64,000 nucleotides of DNA from an uncultured delta proteobacterium (GTDB lineage: Bacteria > Desulfobacterota > Syntrophia > Syntrophales > UBA2185): NCBI GenBank assembly GCA_963729715.1, contig CAVSPA010000014.1, positions 1 through 64,000 on the forward strand, in the 5' to 3' direction. Every line of letters starts with the position of its first letter. The first letter of the stretch is position 1. Below are positions 18,311 through 29,186 of the stretch, in pieces. A program made the translations under genes and the position numbers. The notes under the pieces are model-generated. The model was not told where the DNA came from, did not search any database, and saw only the letters and a list, made by a program, of their open reading frames with translations.

Positions 18311-19618
18311 ATGAAGAACTTATTGCCCAAGAAAGTGCTTTTGTCTCTGTGCCTGCTTGCCTGCCTTCTCCTGCTTGGCCTTCAGGGAGATTCTCAAGTA
18401 TCAGCCGCACTGGAAAGGAGCATATACAAGAACCTCAAGACTTTCAATGAAGTGCTCGACATGGTGCAGAAGAACTACGTCGAGGATGTGGATTCGAAGA
18501 AACTGTTGGAGGGGGCAATTAATGGAATGATGAAGTCCCTGGATCCACACAGTACATATATGACCGCCGAAATGTACAAAGATCTGGAGGTGGAAACACG
18601 CGGAAGTTTTGGCGGCATCGGTATTGAAATCACCATAAGGAAAGATACCCTGACGGTTGTTTCCCCTATCGAGGACACTCCCGCCTATAATGCGGGCATT
18701 AAAGCGGGTGACCATATTATACAGATTGACGGGAAGCCAACAAAGGACATTACTATAATGGAGGCAGTCAAAAAACTGCGGGGGCCAAAAGACTCCAAGG
18801 TCACCGTTACCATTATGCGGGAGGATATGACCAAGCCAAAGGATTTTGTGATAACCCGCAGCATCATCAAGATAAAAAGCGTCAAATCCAAGATCTACGA
18901 TGAGCACATTGGTTATATCCGTGTGTCTTCTTTCCAGGAAAGAACAGCGGACGATTTGAGGAAAGTACTAAAGGATATCAAAGCGAAAAATGGTGTTCTT
19001 GAAGGTATTATCCTGGACCTCAGGAATAATCCAGGCGGCTTACTGAATCAGGCGGTGGCAGTGGCCGATGTTTTCCTGAAATCGGGGGTCATCGTCTCAA
19101 CTAAAGGAAGGACAAGGAGCATGGAAACAAAATCGGTCGCGAAAGACGACGGTGACGAGCCCATGTGTCCTATCGTTGTCTTGGTTAATGAAGGCACGGC
19201 CAGTGCCGCTGAGATTGTGTCAGGAGCTCTGCAGGATAACGGAAGGGCGTTGATACTGGGCACCCAGACCTTTGGGAAAGGATCGGTACAGACCGTCATC
19301 CCGTTGGAGGACGGGTCTGCCCTGAAACTGACCACGGCAAAATACTATACGCCGAACGGGCGATCGATCCAGGCCGAAGGAATAAAACCGGATATCATTG
19401 TAAAATATATCAGGCCTTCTGAGGACAAAGAGATTACGGATGATTTCATCAGGGAACGTGACCTCAAGGGTCACATAGAGCCGAAAAAAGATAATGATAC
19501 TAACAAAGATGAAGGTGCAAAGAAAGAGCAAGACAATCTAATGCAGGATAATCAGCTAAAGAGCGCCTTGGACATCATAAAGAGCTGGGACATAATGAAA
19601 AAGAACCTGAAGAACTGA
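18311..19618 (+). CDS. ctpA: Carboxyl-terminal processing protease (S41A, PDZ)
   Basis: SLDPHS, GSFGGIGI (PDZ), DLRNNPGGLL, TASAAEIVSGALQD, TFGKGSVQ, TTAKYYTPNGRSIQ. Confidence 0.95.
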   Translation: MKNLLPKKVLLSLCLLACLLLLGLQGDSQVSAALERSIYKNLKTFNEVLDMVQKNYVEDVDSKKLLEGAINGMMKSLDPHSTYMTAEMYKDLEVETRGSFGGIGIEITIRKDTLTVVSPIEDTPAYNAGIKAGDHIIQIDGKPTKDITIMEAVKKLRGPKDSKVTVTIMREDMTKPKDFVITRSIIKIKSVKSKIYDEHIGYIRVSSFQERTADDLRKVLKDIKAKNGVLEGIILDLRNNPGGLLNQAVAVADVFLKSGVIVSTKGRTRSMETKSVAKDDGDEPMCPIVVLVNEGTASAAEIVSGALQDNGRALILGTQTFGKGSVQTVIPLEDGSALKLTTAKYYTPNGRSIQAEGIKPDIIVKYIRPSEDKEITDDFIRERDLKGHIEPKKDNDTNKDEGAKKEQDNLMQDNQLKSALDIIKSWDIMKKNLKN

Positions 19619-19652
19619 CTCAGAACGTGACCCGGCGGAAGTTTATATTATA

Positions 19653-20549
19653 ATGATCAAGAGGCGAAAATGGGGCTGGACGGTATTTGTCATAATCTCA
19701 GCAGCAGCTGTTTCTGTCATGGCTCTGTACCTGCACCATGCCGGGAACCAGGAGGTGAAGGAGCCGAAACATACCCCGAGAAATGAGCCAAGGAATGCTC
19801 TCGTAGAAACGCCTACTGGAGGCTCTCAGGGGAAGCATGGGGCAGACAGCATCGCTCCTAAAGATAAAATTCGCCAGGCGAGAAAAAGGGTCGCCATTCT
19901 CATAGACGACATTGGCTATGATCTTTCACCGCTCTATGAACTTCTTAAGATTGATGCCTCCCTGACCTTTGCCGTTCTCCCGCACTGTGCACATTCAGTC
20001 GATGCGGCAAACATTTTGCATGGGGCGAAAAGAGAAATTCTTCTCCACCTCCCGATGGAACCTCATACCTTCCCGGATGAAAACCCGGGGATGGGAGCAC
20101 TTCTTACGAGTATGAGTGACCGGCAAATCGAGGAGCAGGTTGATAAGGATCTTGATGCAATTCCCTATCTGTCAGGCGTAAACAATCATATGGGATCGAA
20201 GTTCATGGAGGACGAAGCAAAGCTAAATATCGTATTCAGGGAACTTAAGAGAAGGAATCTATTTTTTGTCGACAGCCGAACGACCCCGCTCACCAAGGGT
20301 CAGGAGGTTGCAAAGAAGGTGGGACTTCGATTCGCCTCAAGAAAAATATTTATTGATAATGACCATGACTATATGACGATTTTTCGAAACTTGACAACCC
20401 GGATCGACGGGGAATTTGCCCATAAATCAGATGCGGTGCTGATGATAGGACATCCCCACCTGAAAACTATTCAGGCTCTCAAGGAGGCAATACCGGTCTT
20501 AAAAGCTCGCGGCATCGATGTCGTTCCTGTATCCGCACTCGTTCAATGA
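19653..20549 (+). CDS. Divergent polysaccharide deacetylase (YibQ family)
   Basis: AILIDDIGY, LLHLPMEP, GVNNHMGS, FFVDSRTT, IGHPH; usual neighbour of ctpA. Confidence 0.92.
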   Translation: MIKRRKWGWTVFVIISAAAVSVMALYLHHAGNQEVKEPKHTPRNEPRNALVETPTGGSQGKHGADSIAPKDKIRQARKRVAILIDDIGYDLSPLYELLKIDASLTFAVLPHCAHSVDAANILHGAKREILLHLPMEPHTFPDENPGMGALLTSMSDRQIEEQVDKDLDAIPYLSGVNNHMGSKFMEDEAKLNIVFRELKRRNLFFVDSRTTPLTKGQEVAKKVGLRFASRKIFIDNDHDYMTIFRNLTTRIDGEFAHKSDAVLMIGHPHLKTIQALKEAIPVLKARGIDVVPVSALVQ

Positions 20550-20632
20550 TTTCCACAAAACACCGGCACCTGTTTCTTTACGGACGTGCGAGTTGTTTGG
20601 AGACAAATGAGACGGTATTAATTTATTAATAT

Positions 20633-22345
20633 ATGCGAAACTATTTGTACAACAGATATCTTCTGATCCTGATCTTATGCTGCTTTGCCGGATGCGCATC
20701 TTCTCCCGTGAAAGGCAGTGCTACGGCCGTCTCGGAGGGCACGGAGCGACCGTCATTCGGCTCGACATATCATTATTCCGTAGGCGTGTTGAATCTCCTT
20801 GATGACAACCTTGATAGTGCGATAAAGGAATATGAAAAGGCCCTGAGCCTCGACCCTCAATCCTCCTACCTCAAGACAGAACTTATATCCCTGTATGTCG
20901 AACGAGGCGAGATACAAAAGGCCGTCACTCTCAGCAAGGAATATCTCGCAGAACATCCGAATAATGTAAACGCCCATCTTCTCTTGGGCGGGCTGTATCT
21001 GAACAGGAAGGATTATAAGAACGCTGAAGGAGAATATGAAAAGGTTATTGAGCTGGATCCGACGAATACATTTTCCCGCGTATACTTAGGCACCATCTAT
21101 GCGGAAACCAAGAACTACAAGAAGGCCTTGAAGACTTTCCAAGATCTAATCAAAACCAGTCCGGACCATCTCACCGGCAACTACTATCTGGCGAAGATAT
21201 TAACGGATATGAAACGCTATGAGGAGGCTGAACAAAGCTTCAAGAAGACTCTGGCCGTAAAGCCCTCTTTTGAACCGGCGTTGATTGATTTAGGACTACT
21301 CTACGAAAAGGAACAGAAGGTCGATCAGGCGGTAGAATTGTATAGAAGTTTTATTGACCTCTATCCGCCGGGCACAAACGTAAGAACAAAACTGGGAGAA
21401 ATTTTTCTCAGGGAGCACAAATTTGACGATGCAGAGAGGGAATTCAAGCGAATTCTGGATTTCGATAATGGCAACAGGGAAGCGCTACTGGAGCTCGGCC
21501 TCCTTTACCTCGAAAGGGGCGGGCTTGATAATGCTATCGGCGAGTTCACCATTTTATTGGATGGAAATCCGAATGACCCGAGAGCTAGATATTTGCTCGC
21601 CTCGACATATGAAGAGAAGAAGATGCACGGCAAGGCGATTGAGGCTTTTAAAATGATTCCCCCGGATTCAGAACTTTACGGAAACGCGCAGATCAATATG
21701 GGGATCATCCTGAAGAAGGAAGGTAAGATCGCTGAGGCCACAGAAGTAATGGAAAAGGCCATTCGTAATAATAGAGATATGCCGGGGCTGTATGTTTATC
21801 TCTCCACCCTATATGAGGAGGACAAGAAGTTGTCGTCTGCCGAGGGAATATTGAAGGAAGGCCTGGCTGCAATGCCAGAGAGCATTGACCTTCATTATAG
21901 TCTTGGTGTCCTCTATGAAAAGACGAACCGCCTTCATGAGAGCATAAATGAAATGGAGTCGGTTCTGAAAATCGACCCGGAGAATGCCGACGCCCTCAAC
22001 TTCATAGGTTATACGCTTGCAGACAGGGGCATCCGTCTTGGTGAAGCCGAGAAGATGATCAAGAGGGCGCTCACCTTGAAGCCCGGTAATGTCTACATGA
22101 TTGACAGCCTCGGCTGGGTATATTTCAGACAAAACAGAATGGACTTGGCCATAAAATACCTGAAAGAAGCATCGGATGGACTGCCTAATGATCCCGCTAT
22201 CGCCGAACACTTGGGAGACGCATATACAAAGGCAGGAAAGGTAAGTGAGGCCGTCGAAATCTACAGACAGGCATTGAAATTGAGCCCTGCCAATGGCGAT
22301 CTGCAAAAAAAGCTCAATGAACTCATCAAAGGGAAAAAACCCTGA
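20633..22345 (+). CDS. TPR-repeat lipoprotein
   Basis: Lipobox FAGC; many TPRs; C-terminal ALNFIGYTLAD...MIDSLGWVYF...IAEHLGDAY. Confidence 0.9.
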   Translation: MRNYLYNRYLLILILCCFAGCASSPVKGSATAVSEGTERPSFGSTYHYSVGVLNLLDDNLDSAIKEYEKALSLDPQSSYLKTELISLYVERGEIQKAVTLSKEYLAEHPNNVNAHLLLGGLYLNRKDYKNAEGEYEKVIELDPTNTFSRVYLGTIYAETKNYKKALKTFQDLIKTSPDHLTGNYYLAKILTDMKRYEEAEQSFKKTLAVKPSFEPALIDLGLLYEKEQKVDQAVELYRSFIDLYPPGTNVRTKLGEIFLREHKFDDAEREFKRILDFDNGNREALLELGLLYLERGGLDNAIGEFTILLDGNPNDPRARYLLASTYEEKKMHGKAIEAFKMIPPDSELYGNAQINMGIILKKEGKIAEATEVMEKAIRNNRDMPGLYVYLSTLYEEDKKLSSAEGILKEGLAAMPESIDLHYSLGVLYEKTNRLHESINEMESVLKIDPENADALNFIGYTLADRGIRLGEAEKMIKRALTLKPGNVYMIDSLGWVYFRQNRMDLAIKYLKEASDGLPNDPAIAEHLGDAYTKAGKVSEAVEIYRQALKLSPANGDLQKKLNELIKGKKP

Positions 22346-23163
22346 TGCGGAAAAGGTTGCCATCGTTTTTTTTCATGATGTCCGTCTTCCTCATTTTTTC
22401 CGCGTGCGCCTTCATCCAGACACAGAAGGCCGGTGGGGGCTCGAAACAGAGTTTCTCCTCCCCCCTCATTGCCCTGGAAAAGATCGATAGAGACAATCAA
22501 CGCAAAGATGGCGTCAAGGCTATTGCGCGCATTGAAGTCAATACGTCTGAGGGCCGTTATCCCTTGAAGGCGGCTTTAGTATTGAAGCCGCCTTCCTCAT
22601 TGAGATTCGAGTCTATGCCTATCATAGGTCCGGCAGATCTCTTCCTGACCGTCCACGAGAATGTCCTCAAAGTTTTTGTGCCGCAGAAGGGAAAATTCTA
22701 TATAGGGAAAGCAACGACAAGAAATCTGGCGTATTTTATTCCTATTGCAGCTACAGCGCTCAGGATGGAAGACATGATGCCTATCCTGCTGGGCATGCGT
22801 CCTGAGATAAGAGGAAAGACCATTACCTTGGACGGTTCTTCCGATGGGAGCCTTTACAAAGTTGATATCTTTTCTGAAAACAGAAAAATCCAATCTCTCT
22901 GGGTAGATCCCGAGGGGGATCATCTCGTCAGGGTCGATTTATTTACAGGCGACAATTCCCGGTTGTACAGCGCCCGGTTCATCGGGCGGGACCGCATAGA
23001 AAATATGACCCTCCCAGAGAGCGTTACGATTACATATGGAGATAATGATAAGCCCGATATCATCATCCGTTATGTTGATATCGGGCCCGCGAAGGAAATT
23101 GAAGCGTCGATCTTTGATCTCAAACCCCCTCCCGGAGTCATACCTACTTCCCTGGATCGATGA
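22345..23163 (+). CDS. LolB-like / DUF4292-like lipoprotein
   Basis: Lipobox FSAC; LolA/B-like beta-rich sequence ending FDLKPPPGV; translationally coupled to the TPR gene. Confidence 0.65.
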   Translation: MRKRLPSFFFMMSVFLIFSACAFIQTQKAGGGSKQSFSSPLIALEKIDRDNQRKDGVKAIARIEVNTSEGRYPLKAALVLKPPSSLRFESMPIIGPADLFLTVHENVLKVFVPQKGKFYIGKATTRNLAYFIPIAATALRMEDMMPILLGMRPEIRGKTITLDGSSDGSLYKVDIFSENRKIQSLWVDPEGDHLVRVDLFTGDNSRLYSARFIGRDRIENMTLPESVTITYGDNDKPDIIIRYVDIGPAKEIEASIFDLKPPPGVIPTSLDR

Positions 23164-23178
23164 ATTAGATATGGCAGG

Positions 23179-23198
23179 AAGGGATTAATCCCTTTTTT
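23179..23198. terminator. Probable intrinsic terminator between convergent genes
   Basis: AAGGGATTAATCCCTT palindrome followed by a T run. Confidence 0.55.
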
Positions 23199-23204
23199 GC
23201 TTCT

Positions 23205-24005
23205 TTACTTAATTTCTACAAGTTTTGCTCTCGCTATTCTTGCCTGGTTGGTGTTGGGATATTCTTTTATTATCTGCTGCAGAATCAGTCTCGCACTCGC
23301 TTTGTCGCCGAGATTCAAGAAAGAAAGCCCCTGCTTCAACAGGGCGTATGGAGCCTTACTGCCTTTGGGATAATTCTTAACTACCTTCTCATATTCGAGT
23401 ATGGCCTTTTCATACTTTTTCTCGAAATAAAAACTCTCCCCTATCCAGAATTGGGCATTATCGGAATACTCCGAGTCGGGGTAATGCTCCAGGAAATTCT
23501 GAAACTCTCCTCTGGCTTTTTCATACTTTCCTTCCTTAAAAGTTTCGTAGGCCAATGCATATGCCGATTCCTTGTCCGTTTTCCCCTTGATGGCATTTTT
23601 GGGAGCGGCCTTCCCCGCTTTATCACCTTCTGAGTGGTTCTCTCTCTTTCCGATTTCAAGAAAGTTTTCTATAAAACTTATTTTCAGAGATACATTATCA
23701 AGTTTTTCCCTTATTGCCGCTATTGCCGCCATTTCCTTTCTTAACCCTTCAGTTATGCCCCTCAGACTTTGGATACCATCCCTCAGTTCAGTGATATCTG
23801 CACGCATTTCCGCCTGGCTCTTTTGCAAAGACGCTTGTGTCTCCTTAATCTTGGCAATATCTTTTCGGATGCCCGCATCTTCCTCTTTTAAAGCCGAGAC
23901 CTGCCTATCAAGATCCCCATGAACGCGCTGCAGATCTTTGGTCGTTGCACAACCTACGGTGCAGATTAGGGATATGAGTAAGAGCAAAAATACAAATCTC
24001 TTCAA
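23205..24005 (-). CDS. cpoB: Tol-Pal system protein CpoB (YbgF)
   Basis: Lipoprotein-type N-terminus, coiled coil, TPR YPDSEYSDNAQFWIGE...KAPYALLKQG; follows pal. Confidence 0.92.
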   Translation of the reverse strand: MKRFVFLLLLISLICTVGCATTKDLQRVHGDLDRQVSALKEEDAGIRKDIAKIKETQASLQKSQAEMRADITELRDGIQSLRGITEGLRKEMAAIAAIREKLDNVSLKISFIENFLEIGKRENHSEGDKAGKAAPKNAIKGKTDKESAYALAYETFKEGKYEKARGEFQNFLEHYPDSEYSDNAQFWIGESFYFEKKYEKAILEYEKVVKNYPKGSKAPYALLKQGLSFLNLGDKASARLILQQIIKEYPNTNQARIARAKLVEIK

Positions 24006-24032
24006 TCTGTAGACCTCCCCATCATAACCCTA

Positions 24033-24611
24033 CTACTTGGACGTGACGACAAAGTGATCTCGCCTGTTTTTTGCCCATGCTTCTTCAGTATGCCCGGGAT
24101 CAAGAGGTCTTTCTTTGCCATAACTTATCGTTTTTATTCTCTTGCCGTCGACCCCAAGTTCAACGAGGTACTTCATGGCCTCCTTGGCACGTCTTTCTCC
24201 AAGGGCAAGGTTGTATTCAGTAGTTCCCCTTTCATCACAGTTGCCTTCAATGAGAACAATGTTATTATTATTGTTCGTCAGCCGTTCTGCAAGCTGTTTG
24301 AGAGTGTCCCTGCCTTCAGGTTTGAGATTGAATTTATCAAAATCAAAGAGTACATCCTTAACTGCCGCTTCTTCTTTTGCCGCAGCAGCCTCCGCCTGAG
24401 GGGCTACCTTCTCTTCAGTTACCGGTGTCTCCTTTGCTGGAGGTGCTTCCTTCTTGGCAGCCTCTTTCGCCGCTTTCTCAGCTGCAGCCTGTTCTTCAGC
24501 TGAAACTGCCTGCTCTTTTACTGCGGATTTTTTTGCACATCCTGTCATGACCATGAATGAAACGCACACTATCAACCCGATAATCCCTATTATTGCAAGG
24601 CTCTTCTTCAT
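24033..24611 (-). CDS. pal: Peptidoglycan-associated lipoprotein Pal
   Basis: MTGC lipobox; FDFDK, IEGNCDERGTTEYNLALGERRA, ISYGKERP, AWAKNRR. Confidence 0.96.
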   Translation of the reverse strand: MKKSLAIIGIIGLIVCVSFMVMTGCAKKSAVKEQAVSAEEQAAAEKAAKEAAKKEAPPAKETPVTEEKVAPQAEAAAAKEEAAVKDVLFDFDKFNLKPEGRDTLKQLAERLTNNNNNIVLIEGNCDERGTTEYNLALGERRAKEAMKYLVELGVDGKRIKTISYGKERPLDPGHTEEAWAKNRRDHFVVTSK

Positions 24612-24807
24612 TGTATTCTCTCCTTTCTTAGCTGTTTTGAAGAAATTGTTTATTTGCTGATTTGAAATCTTGTAAACCACAATCCACCCTAAAGGTCAAC
24701 CACAAAAATTTCAATTTCTGCTTTCTAAATCTTAACAATTTGTTGAGTATCCCTCCCGCCCGCGACTTCGGAGCTTTTTCGCATCATTAAGGCGAATTGT
24801 CGGAAGG

Positions 24808-26154
24808 TCATTTTATTCTTGGTGACCAAGATGGGCTCATGGAGCCGCTCACATTCTCGTACAATGTTCTCACGTTTAACCCGTTGGCATTCATCACGCA
24901 GATTCTGTGTTTGCCGCCGCCCCTTGTACTGAAGACCACGTACCTGCCGTCCGGGGACCACGAAGGGGATTCATGGTCAACGTTGTCAAAGGTAAGTGGC
25001 AAGGGGTTGCTGCCATCCTCATTTATGGAAAATATCTGGAAACGTCCATTCACACGCCCTTCATACGCTATTCTGTTGCCCCTCGGCGACCACGACGGGG
25101 ATGTATTATAGTTTCCGTCATAAGTGAGTCTTTTCACGTCATCCCCATCAGCACCCATCGTGAATATTTGCGGTGAACCGGAACGGTTTGAAACAAAAGC
25201 AATTCTTTTATTATCCGGCGACCAGGCGGGCGATACATCAATCGCAAAATTATAGGTGAGACGTTCCAGCTTTCTGCTGCTTAGATCCATTGCATATATT
25301 TCTTCATTGCCGTCCTTACTCAGGGTCAGCAAGAGCTTCCTGCCATCCCTCGACCAGGAGCCGGCCAGATTGATCCCGTCAAAATTTGCAATTTTCTCAA
25401 CCTTTCCAATGCTCATCGACCTGATATAGAGATCGGGATTCCCATTCTTATAAGACGTAAAGGAAATACTTTTCCCGTCGGGAGACCAGCGTGGAGCTAA
25501 GGTCAATGACTGGAAGTTTGTAACCCGGAGAAGTTCGGTCCCGTCGAAATTGATTGTGTAGATCTCTGAGTTTTGTCCCTTCTTCAATACAAAAGCGATC
25601 TTTGTCCCAAAAACGCCTTCATCCCCCGTCAGGGCAAGAAGAATTTCACCTGCAAACTTGCGCACCATTTCGGTTTTATCTTCTATTTTTCCGCTGTACT
25701 GTTTTGCGGTAATGATCTCTCCCTTCATTACATCGAAAAGATGGAATTCGGCAGTGACATCCTTGCCATTGGACTGGAATGCCCCCTTCACCAGGTATTC
25801 AGCGCCAATCACAGCCCAGTCCGCAAACCTGATACTTCCCACTGTTAAGCCCGTCTGTTTTTGATCTTCAAGGAAGGCCTTCTTGCTTATGATGTTAAAG
25901 AATCCCGTCATCTCCAGATACTTCGCCAAGGTATCTGAAAACCAGCTCGACAGCTCTCCCTGAGAACCCTGTTGACTTATTGCCCTGAAATCGACAATGG
26001 CTATGGGAAATTTTTGGAAGGCAGGAGAATCGATGTCAATATAGACCTTAGCTGCGGCGCTATGAGGCAGACATAAAACGGATAGCATGACCACAGTGAG
26101 CGCAACCAATTCTATGAAACATCTAATATTGCGGCAATTCATGAATAAAACCAT
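24808..26154 (-). CDS. tolB: Tol-Pal beta-propeller protein TolB
   Basis: TolB N-terminal domain plus PD40 repeats (PRWSPDG, SPAWSPD, SPSWSPDG). Confidence 0.95.
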   Translation of the reverse strand: MVLFMNCRNIRCFIELVALTVVMLSVLCLPHSAAAKVYIDIDSPAFQKFPIAIVDFRAISQQGSQGELSSWFSDTLAKYLEMTGFFNIISKKAFLEDQKQTGLTVGSIRFADWAVIGAEYLVKGAFQSNGKDVTAEFHLFDVMKGEIITAKQYSGKIEDKTEMVRKFAGEILLALTGDEGVFGTKIAFVLKKGQNSEIYTINFDGTELLRVTNFQSLTLAPRWSPDGKSISFTSYKNGNPDLYIRSMSIGKVEKIANFDGINLAGSWSRDGRKLLLTLSKDGNEEIYAMDLSSRKLERLTYNFAIDVSPAWSPDNKRIAFVSNRSGSPQIFTMGADGDDVKRLTYDGNYNTSPSWSPRGNRIAYEGRVNGRFQIFSINEDGSNPLPLTFDNVDHESPSWSPDGRYVVFSTRGGGKHRICVMNANGLNVRTLYENVSGSMSPSWSPRIK

Positions 26155-26182
26155 AGCCCCTTCATAAAGCGATTCCCTTTTT

Positions 26183-26887
26183 CTATCTGAATTCCATGGA
26201 ATGGAACCTGATGCCGATGTCGATATTGTTATCTCTTATTGAATCCGGAAGAGGAGGGAAAGGGCTTGCCTTCTTTATGGCTTTCATAGCTGACTCATCG
26301 AAATATCGATTGCCTGAGCGTTTCTCAAAACTCAAATCCGTAACTGTGCCGTTCCTCAGTATCTTCGCCTGGACAATCGCCTCTACGTTCTCCCTCGGTA
26401 ATATTCCCTGAGGCAGCGTCCATTTTCCCCTGATCCTGGACCAGATAAGGCTGTAATAGGCATTCATCTTCGCGTTGGATTCAGCATTATCGCCCCTGGC
26501 CGCAGGGGCGGGCGGGCTCACTCCCGTATTCACCTTCCTTCTGATATCCTCGACCGCCCTATCAATGCTGCTCGTCTGTTTTCTTTGAGAATCCAGCCTC
26601 CTGATGGGAACGGCGGGGAGGGTGTCGGCCTGCTTTTTCAAGACGGCAGAATGCTCACCGGAAATTGTTTGATTGATTTCTCTTGCGATTGCCGATGGCG
26701 CTTTCCTATCCTGGAGAACTTCAGAAAGACTTACGAGATTAACCGAATAGACGGGACCGAAAGTCCATCTTGGAGAGGGAAGAGATGGTGCAAAAAAAAT
26801 GACAGACAGCACTACAGTATGAATTAACAGAGATATCATGATCATACTGTTCATGCTGATATCATTGTCATCTCGCTCCTTTTGCAT
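26183..26887 (-). CDS. tolA: TolA/TonB-family protein
   Basis: TM helix ISLLIH, TonB_C/TolA C-terminus (SGNRYFDESAMKAIKKASPFPPLP); lies between tolR and tolB. Confidence 0.85.
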   Translation of the reverse strand: MQKERDDNDISMNSMIMISLLIHTVVLSVIFFAPSLPSPRWTFGPVYSVNLVSLSEVLQDRKAPSAIAREINQTISGEHSAVLKKQADTLPAVPIRRLDSQRKQTSSIDRAVEDIRRKVNTGVSPPAPAARGDNAESNAKMNAYYSLIWSRIRGKWTLPQGILPRENVEAIVQAKILRNGTVTDLSFEKRSGNRYFDESAMKAIKKASPFPPLPDSIRDNNIDIGIRFHSMEFR

Positions 26888-26908
26888 CCTGTATCATCCT
26901 GCGGAACA

Positions 26909-27331
26909 TCACCTTGATTCCTCGGGCGCCTCCGTGATCATGCCCAGCCTATCGACACCGGCTTTTCTGACCTCGGACATAACTTCCACGACAAACCCAT
27001 AGGGAACGTTCTTATCAGCCCGCATAAAAACTTCTCTATCGATCCTGTTGGCAAAGATGTTTTCCAGCTTTACACTGAGGCCAGTGACAGGGACCTTATT
27101 CTTGTTTATAAATATCTCTTTCGCACTGTTAATCGTCAGCACAAGTTTTTCCTCTGTCACATCAATACTCTTCGATTTAACCCGCGGCAGGTTGACGTCA
27201 ATTCCCATCTGCAGCATGGGGGCCGTCACCATGAAAATTATCAGCAAGACCAGAACGACGTCGACCAGAGGGGTGACGTTGATTTCCGCCAACAGCTTGG
27301 TGCCGCTATTTCTTCTTCTTCCGGGTCTCAT
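26909..27331 (-). CDS. tolR: TolR
   Basis: AEINVTPLVDVVLVLLIIFMVTAP, RADKNVPYG. Confidence 0.95.
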   Translation of the reverse strand: MRPGRRRNSGTKLLAEINVTPLVDVVLVLLIIFMVTAPMLQMGIDVNLPRVKSKSIDVTEEKLVLTINSAKEIFINKNKVPVTGLSVKLENIFANRIDREVFMRADKNVPYGFVVEVMSEVRKAGVDRLGMITEAPEESR

Positions 27332-27339
27332 AAGTAAAT

Positions 27340-28092
27340 CTATTTTCTCACATAATTTCTTTCAATGATATTTAGTATTTCAGAAGCGAAGTTATCCATA
27401 TCCATGGACATGTTCTTTACTACATTGAGATAATAGTTGTAAAAGATGACGGCAGGTATCGCAGCGGCAAGGCCGGCGGCAGTGGCAATAAGCGCCTCTG
27501 AAATTCCCGGCGCCACGACAGCGAGGGTTGCCGAGCCTCTTGTGCCTATGCCCCTGAATGTATCCATAATGCCCCAGACTGTTCCGAAAAGTCCGATAAA
27601 CGGCGATGCACTCCCTGTCGTCGCGAGGAAACCGAGCGCACTTTCGAGTCTTGTTGCTTCAGAACTGCATGCTCTGTTCAACGCCCTTTCAACATTATCT
27701 ATGCCCTTCATCTCCATTTGCAGGAGAGTCGATTCATCGGATTCCTTTGGAGATGACGACCCCCTTATGACCTTGGTTATCTTAACCAGTTCCGTATAGC
27801 CGGCCTGAAATACCTCAGCCATGGTCGAATATTTGTATTTTTTCGCTTCGGGGAAAATATCGGAGAGCTTACTACTTTTCATATAAGCATCGAAGAACAT
27901 ATTATTTTCCCTTTTTGCCTTCTTGATACTCCTGTATTTCATCAAAATAATAGCCCACGACACAACAGAAAAGATAAGGAGCAATAGCAGGATAAGCTGA
28001 ACCATCAATCCGGCATCAAGAATCATCTTGAGAATACTGCCCTGGAAATGTCCTCCCAGACCAACTGCGGCAACAGAAGAAATCTCTTTCAC
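27340..28092 (-). CDS. tolQ: TolQ
   Basis: LATTGSASPFIGLFGTVWGIM, VAPGISEALIATAAGL. Confidence 0.95.
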   Translation of the reverse strand: MKEISSVAAVGLGGHFQGSILKMILDAGLMVQLILLLLLIFSVVSWAIILMKYRSIKKAKRENNMFFDAYMKSSKLSDIFPEAKKYKYSTMAEVFQAGYTELVKITKVIRGSSSPKESDESTLLQMEMKGIDNVERALNRACSSEATRLESALGFLATTGSASPFIGLFGTVWGIMDTFRGIGTRGSATLAVVAPGISEALIATAAGLAAAIPAVIFYNYYLNVVKNMSMDMDNFASEILNIIERNYVRK

Positions 28093-28255
28093 TTTTTCAC
28101 TCCTGAATCACTTATTTGCGGTATTACCTGAGTCTGCGACTTGCTACGGGTGATTACGTGTAATGGAAAAAAATAGCCTTGTCAATACATTTAGGATAAC
28201 GAGCATGCAAAAGCAAAAGGAATTTCCAAGCTCAAAAGCCGACTGGCATCAATCA

Positions 28256-29179
28256 TCACAAGAACTCCGGCACAAACGATACAACATCATCAATAGCAGA
28301 TGAATCACAAAAAATCATGGCCAATCTATCAACTCCGAGGGCAATTCCTGCTGCCCGCGGCATGCGTGCCAAGTCCTCAAGAAAACGCTCCGGTACGGGG
28401 TAAATTGCTTTACCTACAGAATGACGATATTTGTTCACATTTCGAAATCGTCTGTGATGTTCTTGGGGATCTGTAAGCTCAGAACATGCGTTGGCTATCT
28501 CTATCCCTCCCATATACAGTTCAAAACGTTCGGCCAATGCGGAATCATCCTTCTTCTCTTTCGCGAGGGCTGACCCGGAAGCCGGATAATCATAGATGAA
28601 GGTAGGTTGCGTGAGTCCCAGGCGAGGTTCGATAGAGGAGACCATGATCTCATCAAAGCAATTTTCCGCTACTGCTTTATCCATGGACATCTGTGCATAG
28701 CAGGCGAAAGCCTCTCTTACAGATATACTCTCCCACGGTCTTTGCAACCTAATCGCCCTGCCCCGGTAGCTAATTGCATCCCCGCAACCGAGCTCAGCGG
28801 CCACAGAGACAATCAAGTCCTCACATTCTTCCATGAGCCGGCGATAGTCCACGCCCCGGCAATACCACTCTAGCATCGTAAACTCAGGGAGATGGTATGA
28901 CCCTCTTTCGCCATCGCGGAAACACTTGCAGACTTGAAATATCCTCGGATAACCCTCCGCAAGAAGCCGCTTCATGTGAAGCTCGGGAGATGTGTGCAAG
29001 AACGAACAGCCACACGAGACGGCGTCAATATAGGTTTCCGGAATCAGCGCCGGAATCAACTGGGGAGTTTCCACCTCCAGATATTCCCTGGCCGTAAAAA
29101 AATCGCGGATCGCGCGAATTATCCTGGCGCGCTTCCATAAAGCTTCCCGCTTGTTTGCCAGCGTCCTATCTTGTTCCAC
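28256..29179 (-). CDS. epmA: EF-P beta-lysyltransferase EpmA (GenX/PoxA)
   Basis: LysRS catalytic core without the anticodon domain: TSPELHMKRLL, FRDGE, HLPEFTMLEWY, ERFELY, GIALGVDRL; next to efp. Confidence 0.95.
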   Translation of the reverse strand: MEQDRTLANKREALWKRARIIRAIRDFFTAREYLEVETPQLIPALIPETYIDAVSCGCSFLHTSPELHMKRLLAEGYPRIFQVCKCFRDGERGSYHLPEFTMLEWYCRGVDYRRLMEECEDLIVSVAAELGCGDAISYRGRAIRLQRPWESISVREAFACYAQMSMDKAVAENCFDEIMVSSIEPRLGLTQPTFIYDYPASGSALAKEKKDDSALAERFELYMGGIEIANACSELTDPQEHHRRFRNVNKYRHSVGKAIYPVPERFLEDLARMPRAAGIALGVDRLAMIFCDSSAIDDVVSFVPEFL

Positions 29180-29186
29180 AGTAGAA

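Noticed and set aside
24256..24275. AAT/AAC trinucleotide run (poly-Asn) in pal as a contingency locus
   Set aside because: Only five mixed codons and in frame; too short to support phase variation.
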